A stretch of 64,000 bases of DNA. Origin: Perkinsus chesapeaki ATCC PRA-425. Lineage: Eukaryota > Protista > Perkinsozoa. The stretch lies in NCBI GenBank assembly GCA_013115145.1, contig JAAPAO010000094.1:16080-80079 (forward strand), read 5' to 3'. The notes beneath the pieces are model-generated. The model searched no databases and was not told the DNA's origin. It saw nothing but the letters and a program-made list of their open reading frames with translations. Shown in pieces: positions 11,574 to 23,800 of this stretch (positions are counted from its first letter, which is position 1; the number at the start of each line of letters is the position of its first letter). The position numbers were made by a program, and so were the translations under genes.

Positions 11574-14500
11574 ATGACAGACGTTCTACCGAAGAACATT
11601 TCGGTAAAAGAATATGATATCCACATAAAGCCCAACCTGGAAACGTTCCAGTTCGAGGGTTCCTCAAGGATCTGTTTAGCCATCACTCAGCCGACAAAGT
11701 CTATCAAGCTGCACGCGAAGGAGCTGGCTTTCGAGCCTAAGGTACAACCGTCCGGGTATGCGTCACGCGCCACAGCCGCTGTCCCCTTTACAGGTTGTTT
11801 TTGCTCCTTCTGAAGGCGAGCCTATCGAGGCCTCGTCCGTCCGGCTGCTCCCAGACTCCAGCATTGTCAGCTTCGAATTTGATGAGGAACTACCAGCCGG
11901 ATTTGGTGTACTTAGCGTGGAATATGTCGGCACTATAAACGATCAGATGGCAGGTTTTTACAGATCAAGGTGGGCGGCTGGACACTCGTAGCTGGGCTCA
12001 TCTGCAGTGTTCAGTTACACTGACCTAAACGGAAAACAGCGATTTATGGGAACAACGTTTTTTGCACTGATCCATGCCAGAAGAGCCTTCCCTTGCATTG
12101 ATGAGCCCGAGGCCAAGGCCATTTTCAAGATCACTATATCTTGCGATGCCCGGTTGCAGGTAGTCGAGAGCTCCAGCGAAATGTGTTGGGCATGTGCTTT
12201 TTCTAGGCTATCTCTAATATGCCCGAGGCCTCCAGAAGCCTCTACAATGGCGGCAGTCCAGATGCCCCTGTGCCCTATCAGAAGGTTGAGTTCATGCCCA
12301 CCCCCAAAATGAGCACCTATTTGGTTGCCTTTTGTATAGGACAGTTCGAGTACCTTCAAGCGACCACTAAGAACGGAACTCTGGTAGCCTTTCGGGGCGC
12401 ATCAATCTTACATTCGGAATCCATTTAAAGGCGAAGCTCGCACCGACTGCTTAGCGACGCCAGCACGACGTTTTTCGAAAATTCGGCTCTACCCTCCCGT
12501 TGGAGCTCCTTATTTCGAGGTGTATCGGAAAATACGTCTTTACGAGGGTTGAGAATATGATTCTTAAGTTCAGGTTCGAACGATCTGCACCCCCGGGAAG
12601 AAGGATCTCTTGCACTTCGCGCTTGACTGCGGTGTGAAGGCGATAGAATGGTGAGCGGTCTCCGCTACTCACATCATTGAGATGCTCCTATCAGGTACGA
12701 AGACTTTTTTGGTCTCCGTTATGCCTTGCCCAAGATGGACATGATCGCTGTTCCTGATTTTGCCATGGGGGCAATGGAGAACTGGGGCCTGGTCACCTAT
12801 AGGGAGACCGACCTGTTATGCGATCCTCGAAAGGTAGTGGTAGATCGCCGCTTGAAGTTACCGCGTCCCTTTAGGCCTCTGTATCTCGTATGACACGTGT
12901 CGCCACGGTTGTTGCCCACGAGCTGGCTCATCAATGGTTCGGCAATCTTGTGACCATGAAATGGTGGGATGAGCTTTGGCTTAATGAAGGCTTCGCTACC
13001 TTCATGCAGTATCTTTGCACAGATGCTTTAATGCCCGAGCTGGGCGTGTGGAATATGTAAGGAAGGCACCAAATGAGCTCGGATATTGAATCGCAGGTAT
13101 ATATCGGACACGTTGGAAGGAGCCCTCGGGTTGGATGGATTGAGATCAAGCCATCCTATTGTGGTCCACCTTGATAGCGCCGAGGAGGCCGAGCAGGTAC
13201 TTGGGAGCCAGGGAGGGCTGGGAACTTGCTCACACTTTACAACCACCTGGTATTCACGTGAAATCAGCCGCAGAGTTGATATTACTTCATAAGTTCCGCT
13301 CGATATTATACTATGGGCTTTTATAAGGTGCTCGACTACATATCCTACAGGAAAGGCTCTGCAGTGGTGAGGATGCTTTGGAGCTTCGTTGGTGGCGAGA
13401 AGTTCAGAGAGGCTCTCCAGTTGTATATGAGGACCCACCAGTACGGTAATGCTACCACAGATGACCTTTGGAACGCTGTCGAGGAGGTACGCGGCCGAGG
13501 GGCCACTTACTGCAGTACATTTGGTGGATGTCAGGTATCCGGGCAACCGGTGAAGGAAATGATGGACTCATGGACGGATCAGATGGGATATCCTTTGTTA
13601 GAAGTTGGTCCACGTGATACAAATGGTAACTGTAAAGTTACTCAAAGTTGGTTCCTATCTGATGGGTCAATAAAGCCAGGAGATGATGATAAGAAATGGG
13701 TTGTACCAGTCTTGGTCGGTGACGAGTCAACACCAGCCGAGTCTCTCGGACGCCTAACTCTACTGAGGAGCAAAGAAGCCGGTTTTAGTGTTGGTCCCAG
13801 CAAGTGGTATATGTTTAACTGGGGGGCGTGGGTGCCATACAGAGTGCTCTACACCTCATCCAGCGACGTTGATGCCATTCTCAAAGCGATTGCCGCCTTG
13901 GAGATTCCCGTGGCCAATAGGATTCATTTCGTTTTCGATGCTCTGGCGCTCTGTAAAGCCGGTCGGGTGCCCCCAGAGGAGCTACCGAAGGTGCTTCTTG
14001 CCTACAGGAACGAGACCGATCCCGATGTCTGGGACGCTCTGGTCCGCGTGATCGGTTCGCTGAACCTAATTTGCTCTGGCATCGGTAAAGGAAAGGATCT
14101 CGAGAATCTTGTCTGCGGAATGATCTCGCCGCTGTTGGCGAATTGTGGCTGGAAAACTAGGAATGGTGATACTGCGAAAGACCGTCAGCTGCGGAGCGCC
14201 ATCACAGCCCTGGCCAGCAGCTATTGCCGGTCGGATAAAGCTCTTGTTGATTCATGCGTGGAAATGACTTTGGATTACCTCGATGACCACAAGAGTGTTG
14301 CCGACGACGTCCGGCCATCGGTGTTCAAATTGGCCCTTGCTGGCAGCGATCCAGCTAAGAGTGAGGAGCTTTGGAGGGAGCTTATGAGGAGGGCAGAGGA
14401 CAAAGGGACACCACAGACGGAGAGAGTGGATATATATCATGCTATAGGGTAATACTTCAAGGCCACCGATCGATATTGAAATCACGCGGGAAGGGGGGCT

Positions 14501-15272
14501 GTGATTAGCGGTAGCTCAATTGTGGAGCTCCGAGAGCGCGAGCAAATATTTAGTACCAGTTTGTCACATGTCTGTTGTGCAAATTGTCCCCTTTTCCAAC
14601 AGCCCATCCCGGATGGCAATCTAGATCTAGAAGGCAATCTTCGGCTCGGGATAGGATTCCTTTCTGTATTTTTGAGCGGAGCGATGCTAACAGTAGTTTC
14701 TCTCTCTTCAGATTCGTATCTAGCCTTCCCCTTAAGCGTAAGGTCCTCGAGTGGTGCCTTACCGATACTGTGAAGACCCAGGACTTCTTCTTCCCGATGG
14801 CCAGCGTCCGCATTTCCTCCGAAGAGGGTGCCGATCTCGCTTGGAACTGGTTGGAGGCTAACTTTGATGCTGTTCATAAGAGAGTTGCCACGGCTAGTTC
14901 GACACTGCTGGCATCTGTTATAGGAAGCTGCTCGAGGAACGCGTGTACAGAAGACATGGCTCAGCGAGTTGAGCGCATCGCAGCGACCAACAATCTCAAG
15001 GAGGTACTATCAGGAATGGGTACCAGTGTGGCGGGTCGGGGTGAAATGCCTGAGGGGCAGCTTGGTTCACAATTGCCGATCCTGTATCGTGAAACGTCCA
15101 GCCTCAGTATCTTCCTCTAGTTGCATGCCATATCGTCTGTCTTTGCCAGATATCTCGGTCAACATCGCAGATAGCGGAGACTATCCGATCGAATGCAGCC
15201 GTTGTTAAGAGAGCAGCGGAATCGCCGCTCGCCACCGAGGCGTATTGGCAAGGCCTCTTCACCACCCTTTAA
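11574..15272 (+). CDS. M1 aminopeptidase, copy 3 (variant [10 protein letters not shown] motif)
   Basis: Start [14 protein letters not shown]. Motifs [18 protein letters not shown]...WLNEGF and SYRKG are intact. Stop TAA at 15270-15272. Confidence 0.93.
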
Positions 15273-15390
15273 GTGTTTGATATGTTCTCATAAGTTTATC
15301 ACAGTACTGAGCGTTGAGCGTTGAGACGGCCCGTGGGTGATTTTTCTCAGTGCATAACTACACTGGACTCCTTACCCTCATTTCCCTATA

Positions 15391-18300
15391 ATGGCAGATA
15401 ACACCGCCAGTCTACTAGACAGCCACGTACACGTCAAGGAATACGATATCCACCTCAAGCCCAATTTCGACACTTTCCGCTTTGAGGGAGCATCACAGAT
15501 ATCTTTGGATGTCGCCGAACCGACCAAGGTCATCAACTTGCACGCCAAGGAGCTGGCCATCAATGCCGGGGTGAGCTGATCACTCGCTAATCCCTATTCA
15601 GTAATATTACTGATAGGTAACTCTCGAGTACCCATGCAGCGGAAAGGTGTATCAAGCTGACTCTATAGCAGTCAGCGAGAAGGACACCACTTGCACCTTC
15701 ACCTTTGCAGAGGAGCTTACCGCTGGTGCAGCAATCCTCAAAGTGGACTTCGTTGGCACCCTGAATGATCAGATGGCCGGCCTTTACCGCTCAGCGTAAG
15801 CCGCGTGAAGCTAAAGCCACAGACTCCGTTGGCAGGTACGTCGACCAGTATGGCAAACCGAAGCATCTGTTGTGTACCCAAATGGAGGCCATTGATGCCC
15901 GACGGGCTTTCCCTTGCATTGATGAGCCCAGCGCCAAGGCCGTATTCCGCATCACAGTCACGACCGAGGCCTATAGACAGGTACGCAGAAGCGAGGTGGC
16001 CTAGTCGAATGTTTCGGTCCAGGTCATTTCCAATATGCCAGAGGCCTCGAGGGCTCTCTTTGCCAAGGAGAACAGCGATAGTCTCATGCAGCGGGTTACC
16101 TTTATGCCCTCTCCCCTTATGAGCCCCTATCTTGTTGCGCTGGTCGTTGGAGAGTTCGAATTCTTACAGTCCTCGACCAAGCGTGGCACACTCGTAAGCA
16201 CTTCATCAGCCATTTTGACCAGCACCATTGGCCATTCAGGTCCGGGTGTTGGCGACACCAGGAAGGAAGGAGCAGTGTCACTTCGCCCTGGATGTTGCTA
16301 CTCGTGTCTTGGAGTGGTAGGCCATCCGTCATCGACCAAGTGCTCCACCTTCCCTCAGGTACGAGACGTTCTTCGGCATGCCTTACCCTCTGCCGAAGCT
16401 CGACCTTGTTGCCATTCCCGATTTTGCCTGTGGTGCTATGGAGAACTGGGGACTTGTCACCTTCCGAGAAGTTGACCTCCTTTGTGATCCTGCCAAGGTA
16501 AGCAAAGGCTGGTTCGTGAGCATCGGTGGATCTCGTGCGAGGCTCAATTTTAAGGCTGCATGCTAGGATTGATTATCTTCAATGGTGGCGGTGCGAAAAG
16601 TGCGATTAAGCCGCAACCTTGTAAAATAATGTGTTTTAAATAGCCCGAGCACATCTCATTAGTTCCCACGTAGTAGTGCTCCGCTGAGAGATATTTCCAA
16701 GCCATTTATTGTGCTTTTCACAAGCTTTTTGTTCAGGTGTCAGTCGGCACCCGCAAGCGCGTGTCTACTGTCGTTGCTCACGAGCTGGCTCATCAATGGT
16801 TCGGCAATCTTGTTACCATGGAGTGGTGGGATGATCTCTGGCTTAATGAAGGCTTCGCTACCTTCATGGAAAATCTCTCGACCGACGCTCTCTTCCCCGA
16901 TCTTGGCGTCTGGAATATGTAAGCCTCCTTGAAGCGCCTCCACTGCTGTTGCTCAACTCGCTCGCAGGTACGTGAGCTCTGATCTCGAGAGCGCCCTCCA
17001 TCTCGACGGCATGAGGTCCAGTCACCCAATAAAGGTGCCGATCACCGCTGCCGAGGACGTTGATGAGGTGAACGACAGCCGGCCATCTGAGAGACACTTT
17101 TTGTGTCATAGGTGTTTGACGCTATCTCCTATGAGAAGGGGTGTGCCATTGTGAGGACCCTGTGGGCCGTACTTGGGCCTGATGCCTTCCGTAAGGGTGT
17201 GCAGATCTATATGGATCGTCACCAGTACAGGAATACACAGACCTCTGATTTGTGGACAGCCTTCGAGGAGGTAAAGGCGACAAGCCAGCCATGCGGGATT
17301 GCGATTTCATCAGGCCTCGGGGCAACCGATCAAGGAAATGATGAACTCATGGACAGATCAGATGGGATATCCTTTATTAGAAGTTGGTCCACGTGATACA
17401 AATGGTAACTGTAAAGTTACTCAAAGTTGGTTCCTATCTGATGGGTCAATAAAGCCAGGAGATAATGATAAGAAATGGGTTGTACCGATACTTATTGGTG
17501 ATGATAAAACATCATCTAATGAAATGGGTAAATTAACTATGATGAGAGATAAAACTCAAACCATTAATGTTGGTAATGGTAAATGGGTTGCCCTTAATTA
17601 TGGTTCCTGGGTCCCGTACAGAGTGTACTACAGCAGCCCTGACATGCGAGCTGCCCTTGCTCAGGCAGTAGCGGACAAAACTCTCCCCGTGGCCGACAGG
17701 ATACAGCTTCTCGCCACCACTAGAGCTCTGGCTAAAGCAAAGCGCTTGACAGTGTGCGAGGCTCTGAACCTTCTCACTTTCTATAAGAACGAGGACGATG
17801 CTGATGTATGGGACGCCATAGCTATCGCCATCTCTGCCCTCGATACCGTCTGCATTGGTGTCGGACGCGGTGATGAAATGAACAAGCTGGTTACTGAGCT
17901 CATCGAAGGCCGCCTTGCTCGGGTTGGTTGGGACTCCAAGCCCACGGACAAGTCCAAGACCAGACAGCTTCGAAGCACTCTGGTGAGATTGGCCAGCAAG
18001 TACTGCCACAGTAACAAGGAGATGGTAGAGAATGCCTGTCAACGTACCCAGGCTTACTTGGAGGATCCCTCCTCGCTCCCGGCAGATATCCGCAGCTCGG
18101 TCCTGAAGCTTGCACTGGCCGGTGGCGGCAACTTCTGGAACGCTCTGAGGGAGCGTGCTGAGCGCTACGATGTTACCAAGACTGAGGTTGTGGACATTTA
18201 CGCCTCGTTGGGTTACGTCAAGGATAAGCGTCTCAAGCAGCGCACACTGGAGTGGAGTCTCGATCCTATCGTCCGACCTTCCGATTACTACACAGTGATG

Positions 18301-18685
18301 GCCTCTGTACGGTCCTCCTCACCTGAGGGTGCCGACATGGCCTGGAACTTCCTCGTCACCAGATTTGACGAAATTAAGGGCAGAGTGTCGACTGCCTGCT
18401 CATCGCTCCTGACATCTGTCTTCTATTCTTGCGCGGGAGGAAGCTCCGATGCCTCACGGGCAGACACACTGGAGCACATGCGAACTGAGAAGAAGCTGAA
18501 TGCTGTAAGTCTTTGATTGGCCTATGCGAGTCCTTTATTTCCTTTTGCCTGTTCAGATAGCACGCGCGCTCTCGCAACTGGTCGAATCGATTCGGAGCAA
18601 TGCTGCCGCAGTGGAGCATGCCCGGGATTCCGATGTGACCAGGGACGAATTCTGGAGTGAGCTCTTCTCAATGCTCAACAACTGA
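15391..18685 (+). CDS. M1 aminopeptidase, copy 4
   Basis: Start [18 protein letters not shown]. Motifs [31 protein letters not shown]...WLNEGF and SYEKG. Stop TGA at 18683-18685. Confidence 0.95.
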
Positions 18686-18801
18686 TATAAGATACCCGAG
18701 ACAGTTTCTCAGCCTTCCCAATTTGAAGGCCCTCCACTACGTTTGTGTTCGTCTCATTCTTTATACTAATAGATGGCGTTTCATTGAAATACATTTCGTT
18801 T

Positions 18802-19972
18802 ATGTTGAGTGTCATTCCCGGCCCGTTGCCTGGAGTAGTGCTACCCGCCGCTTTAGTTGCTCCAGGTGGAATGTCTGTGACTCCCACTCTCCGGATTTCG
18901 CGTTCGGCGGGGCTCCTGACTCTTCCATCAGACGCCGACGCCCTCGTTAGTTTTGTCAAGAGATCGGTGTCGCACAAAGTTATGGATGCAGCTGTTTGGA
19001 ACGGCGTCGCGGCCAGATCGATGGCCATGGGTGACGTGCTCAGTGGCCAGCAGCTCACCTCGGTGGTCCGAGGCTTCAACAAGATGAATCTCAGCCACAG
19101 CGACATGTACGTCGCAAGCCTCGCACGGCAGTTGAAGCCGCTCCTCAGTTATCCTTTTCTGGAGACCTTCATCCCGCCACGATTGCCGAGGTTCACCCCG
19201 ATGGACCTTTCCCATTTGATTAGCGGTTACGTTCACGTAGCGCACCGGAGTGACGAGACGTTCCTTGGGGCATGTGCCGATGATCTATCCTGCGATAGAA
19301 GGAAGTTGGCCAGCCGGCAAGGTAAAACGTACAACGACTGGTAAGGCGCCACTGGTGACCGACTCCGGAGAGATTGCTTGCGCAGGCGTGCGTGGGAGAA
19401 TTTGGTTGTCGCCTACGCAGATGCGAACGTGAAACACAAAAAGCTCTTTGAGACCGCTGCCCCAAAGCTTTATGAGAATGTAAAGGACTAGTGCTGGCGA
19501 ATGAGTGGTTGATGGTCTATTCAAGGTCCATCTTCTTAAGGGGCACGACTGTGCTCGGATACTGACGGCCCTGGTCAAATGCGGATTCGTTCACAAGAAA
19601 CTTGTATCACTTATCAGGAAAGGCCTACCCACAATGACTTGCAGTAAGAACTGTGGGCTCAGCTGGAGGGTCTCGGAAAATCTTCGGAAGTTCATGACCG
19701 TGGATTGACCATACGCATGCCTTGTGTTGATTGCTTTTCAATGAATCGCGTTTTCGGAACATATGCAATTTTGAACATGACATTTCCACGATTAGGATCG
19801 TGCAGGTATTGGCGTTAACAACGGTTTACAGTGTGCATCCCTGGGATTGGTAGGTACAGATGATCTAGAGCAGATCTGCCGATTATTCAACAGTATGGGG
19901 ATTCAAGACGAGTTTGCAGAGAAGCTGCTGCGGTATAGAAAGGCGGAAGTACTGGACGATGTGAAAACATGA
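18802..19972 (+). CDS. Alpha-helical repeat protein (HPR/OPR/FASTK-like), possibly an organellar RNA-binding protein
   Basis: Repeated helical units of the type LSGQQLTSVVRGFNKM, FTPMDLSHLISGYVHV and LKGHDCARILTALVKCG. Stop TGA at 19970-19972. The family assignment is by resemblance only. Confidence 0.6.
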
Positions 19973-20156
19973 GTGTTTCCGAACACCACGTTGCAGCGTT
20001 GCTCTTAGTTGATCCCCGTACTATTCAGGACTGGGAGACTGAAGGGAGTTACTCCCAATCCTCAAAGGCTTGCCACCTGTTGTTCAACACTCTCCCGGCT
20101 CACTGCATGTACTTAACTCAATACACTATCATCCACGACGCCATCAACCGGTTGGT

Positions 20157-20821
20157 TCATCTAGGAACCTCTAAGACGAAGTATCCATATGGAGAACCTC
20201 TTACAAGAGTATACAGAACTGTTGCACCGGGCAGGCCACATGTATGACAAATATGTTCCGCGGTAGACTGGACACTATACTTATCAAGATACTCGTTCTC
20301 GCCATTAACACACAGCAGAGCTCGAGTGCTACCGATATTCGTATTTTGAGCGCACATATCCAAAAGGCAGAACTCCAGCATCTCTTTAGTCCTATCTATC
20401 AGCGAAGGCGTGACACGGAGACCATGCGACCACTGGCGAATCTTCGTAATTATGGCATCGACTTCGGCGAAGGAAGGTCCGGCTCGTTCCCGAACAATGC
20501 CAACAGTCTCTGGTAAGCCGTAGAACCTATCTCGGCGTATTTCACCAATCAGGGATTCACTTACCGAGAATCTCTTTCAACGTCGGCCAAAGGGATAGAG
20601 CTCGGCACAATAATGGACTCTGACGGATCCCTCAACCATCTCAGAACGAGACGAAAGACGTCTGGATCCCGATCGATGAAGATCGTGCCTTCTCCTTGGG
20701 GCCTCCAAACGTCTCTCGCCAAGGCTGCCAACATGGTATCCTGTTGCCGTAGGAGCGTGGACTCAGCGACCTCGAAGCTGACGCCTCCAACATTCAGCCG
20801 GATAGACCTCGTACAGGCCAT
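20157..20821 (-). CDS. BTB/POZ (KCTD-type tetramerisation) domain protein, two exons
   Basis: IRLNVGGVSFEVAESTL...IFIDRDPDVFRLVLRWLRD, spliced to FYGLPETV...VLEVPR*. Confidence 0.85.
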
Positions 20822-20893
20822 CGCCCCAACTGAATATCACTTCTCATTGACGTAACGATCGATACAATAACAAGTGAAACATCGTTTTGACAA

Positions 20894-23800
20894 TCAGTGC
20901 TTTTTCGAGGCTTCAAAGGACGTCTTAAGCTCCTTCGCGAGCTCCGCCTCTTCCTCAGTGCTCTGCTGGCAGCTGCGCCATTCGAGCCTTTCCTTCGGCA
21001 GGCCCATGCATTTCACCTACAACTCGCTTGCAGCAGCGGCACGCCTAATTTCCTATTAAACGTACCACAACTTCCCTGCAAAAGTTCATCGGCACGCTGG
21101 TACTCCTCGTTGGTGTCAGCAGCACTCTAGCCTTATTAGGGCCCGGAAGCTGCATGTAGATGTATGGCGGTGTGCCAGTCTCGGTTGTGGTCTTAGCGAC
21201 CTCTGAAAGCACTGTACCGCAGGCTCACCTCTAAGGCACTGTAACTTACCTGCGATTTCTTCTTGAGAATATCTTCCCAACTTATGCAGCTTAAGCTCAT
21301 GATCATCGGCCATAGCCGTAACCTCCTTCAACCACTCTTCAGTATTTGCCGACTGTCCACCCTCCCGAGCCACTCCTATCAAATGCACCTGATTGAACAC
21401 ACAGGAGAATGTGCTTTTTTTCCGATAGCTTTCTCAGTAAGGCCAATACGTTCACGACACTTAATAGCGTTTGGAAGCTCTTGAAAGTGATTTTCAAGCG
21501 GGTTCACCATTGGAGGAGTTGGCAGGAAATGTTTTCAAAGAAGCAGTTGAAATAGGCAGTATGTGCATATATCTACATTCATACTTGTATTGTTATATAT
21601 AGGTATTATAATATTAAAGGTTAATAATGACGGTTGAGTAACAGCGGGAGCCCCACCTGCATGTGCATGGCTGCCGAGCTTCGCATCTGCGCCCAACGCT
21701 CGAAGACTACTATATCAGAGTTGTGCTGGGTATCCAACATATATGTTACTTCATCAATGTACCTACACCAATACCTATACCTTACATGACGTTGAGTACC
21801 TTACTTGTTCATAGCTGTAAAGACCTGTTCAGAGCAGTGTGTGCTGCAAGCGAAGTGGGTGACGGGGCACAGAATCATATGTAAGTCATTTATCGGGCCC
21901 TAAGCTTCGCAATCATTCCAGAACGCTCTGTCATTACGGCTCACCTTTGCCGTCGAAAGATACGCCTCTAGATTGGCCGCGAATATCATATGACGCTCAA
22001 GGTTGGGATTTGCCAGACAGAACCAACAGTCCTGGTGTGGCGAGCTGTCCAACTGCTTCACATCGATCCCTCTGACGTCGGCACCTTCCTTCGGTCGACT
22101 GAATCTCACGATAAGGCGGCGGCCACCCATGTCGAGTTCTTGGCTCTTCTCTCGTGCCAATGTGGCATCTTTCAACGTGGCAAACCGAACCCAACCGAAA
22201 CCTGAACTTCGAGTTCGGACTAGGGCGAGTGAGAATTTACCTCGAATGGAGTCCACGTTAACCCGCTTGAAGCCCGGCATCCCCTCGAAGACCTTCGTCA
22301 GGCTCGACCAAATTGCCTCCTCATTTGACTTGTTCTCTTGCTTAGGAAGATTCGGTATGAAAAGCTCCGTTGAGGGGGTTTCTGGTGCATGCCTTTTAGC
22401 ATCGTGCTGCTGCTGGTGGTGGTAGCCTTCTGGATGCGGTCGCTTATGCGAATACTGTTGAGGATCTATACAGGTAGTATCATATCACATCTAAAATACT
22501 CCTTGGTAACATGAGCGACAGAGAAGCCCCGAGGTGACACTATTGTCACCGTCCATTGACCGCAGTGCTTTACAATCCTCAAACTGTTAATCACTGTTCA
22601 AAGTGCAAGAGTGTTGAACCATTGTTAGAGCACCATGGAAGCGACATAAAAAGGAGTGCATTAAACGCAAGCGTTCCGATGCTCACCAGGACCATCCGCA
22701 AAAGGACATCGCGTTAGGTTATCAGGCATACGAACATCGTTACTTAGGGAGATATTGAGAGCATGAAGCCACCTGGAAGGCAATTAATGCGAAAGTGAGG
22801 CATAAATTTACCTTCTCTCTTTGCCAGTACTGCCTACTTTACCGACACATATCATACGGCAAACTATCTTAGAATCAGGCCAAACAAAGGGCTGCCTCAG
22901 GTAGTACCTTAAAAGAGGACTGTCATTACACAGAACAGGTGATAGGTGTATTTTTTATATGTCAGTGTTGAGCTTGATAATATTATGCTATAGTCTAGAG
23001 GCTTAACTGTCAAAGAAACATCAACAAACTCCTCAAATTGAAGGAAATGTTTTAAAATTGTGTGATGTTCTATTATTTCGTAACGGGGTTCAGTTTTATA
23101 TGAGGGGACTATATCGTATTGTAGAAGCATTCTAGAATCTTTCAGAGGGATTTCACAGAGTTCCGATAAATACCACTAAGGTAGCTTTGGAACAATTATG
23201 CTTTAAAGATGTTATCGATACCTAGGTTGCAGGAAGTATCTTCCCTGCCAACATACACTCGCACAGATCTTCTTCCCAACCCAGCGAGAGCCCCCATGTT
23301 TGCCCTTTACTACATATCAGCATGCCCACAAACAATGTACCGTGGTTTCAGCAACACTGCCATCCGTGATACCTTGATAAGGTAGTAAAGTACTGCCCAA
23401 ACTTCAATCGGCAATATTACCTCCTTGCTGGTAGTAACGTGGGTGACATCAGGAGGGACGCCAGTGATGTCCAGTCCGACGCCGTAGTCGGCCGGCCAGT
23501 CATTGGTAAGCAACACGTCTATCGTAGTGCTCAACGATGAGAAACTATTAGGGGCTTCCGGGAATGCTCGGTGCGGTGTGAATTACTTTTTCTCCAGGGC
23601 AGCAGCGTCCTTGTCATCGGTAATGGCGGCTACGGTGAGCCCAGCAACTTGAACGATGGAGCCACCCTTGATCCCATCCAGATTGCCAACTGAAGGCTCT
23701 TCCAGTGTAGAGGAAGAGGGAACTGTATAGCGCATCTGAAGACACTCGCTTTTCATCAACTCATTGGAGTTAGATAGTTTTCTCGCAAACGTTCAGGGAT

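Noticed and set aside
14497-14545. tRNA-like fragment (gcggtagctcaattgtggagc) in a copy 3 intron
   Set aside because: It resembles a D-arm/A-box, but no T-loop (GTTCRA) or acceptor stem pairing follows.
4010-18685. Premature stops in the six-frame ORF track suggesting pseudogenes
   Set aside because: The stops fall inside short GT-AG introns; the spliced frames I traced are open and the catalytic motifs are intact.
19969-20516. Plus-strand ORFs of 92 and 90 aa
   Set aside because: The 20244-20516 ORF and the 3' part of 19969-20247 are antisense to exon 2 of the BTB gene, and neither shows a recognisable domain.
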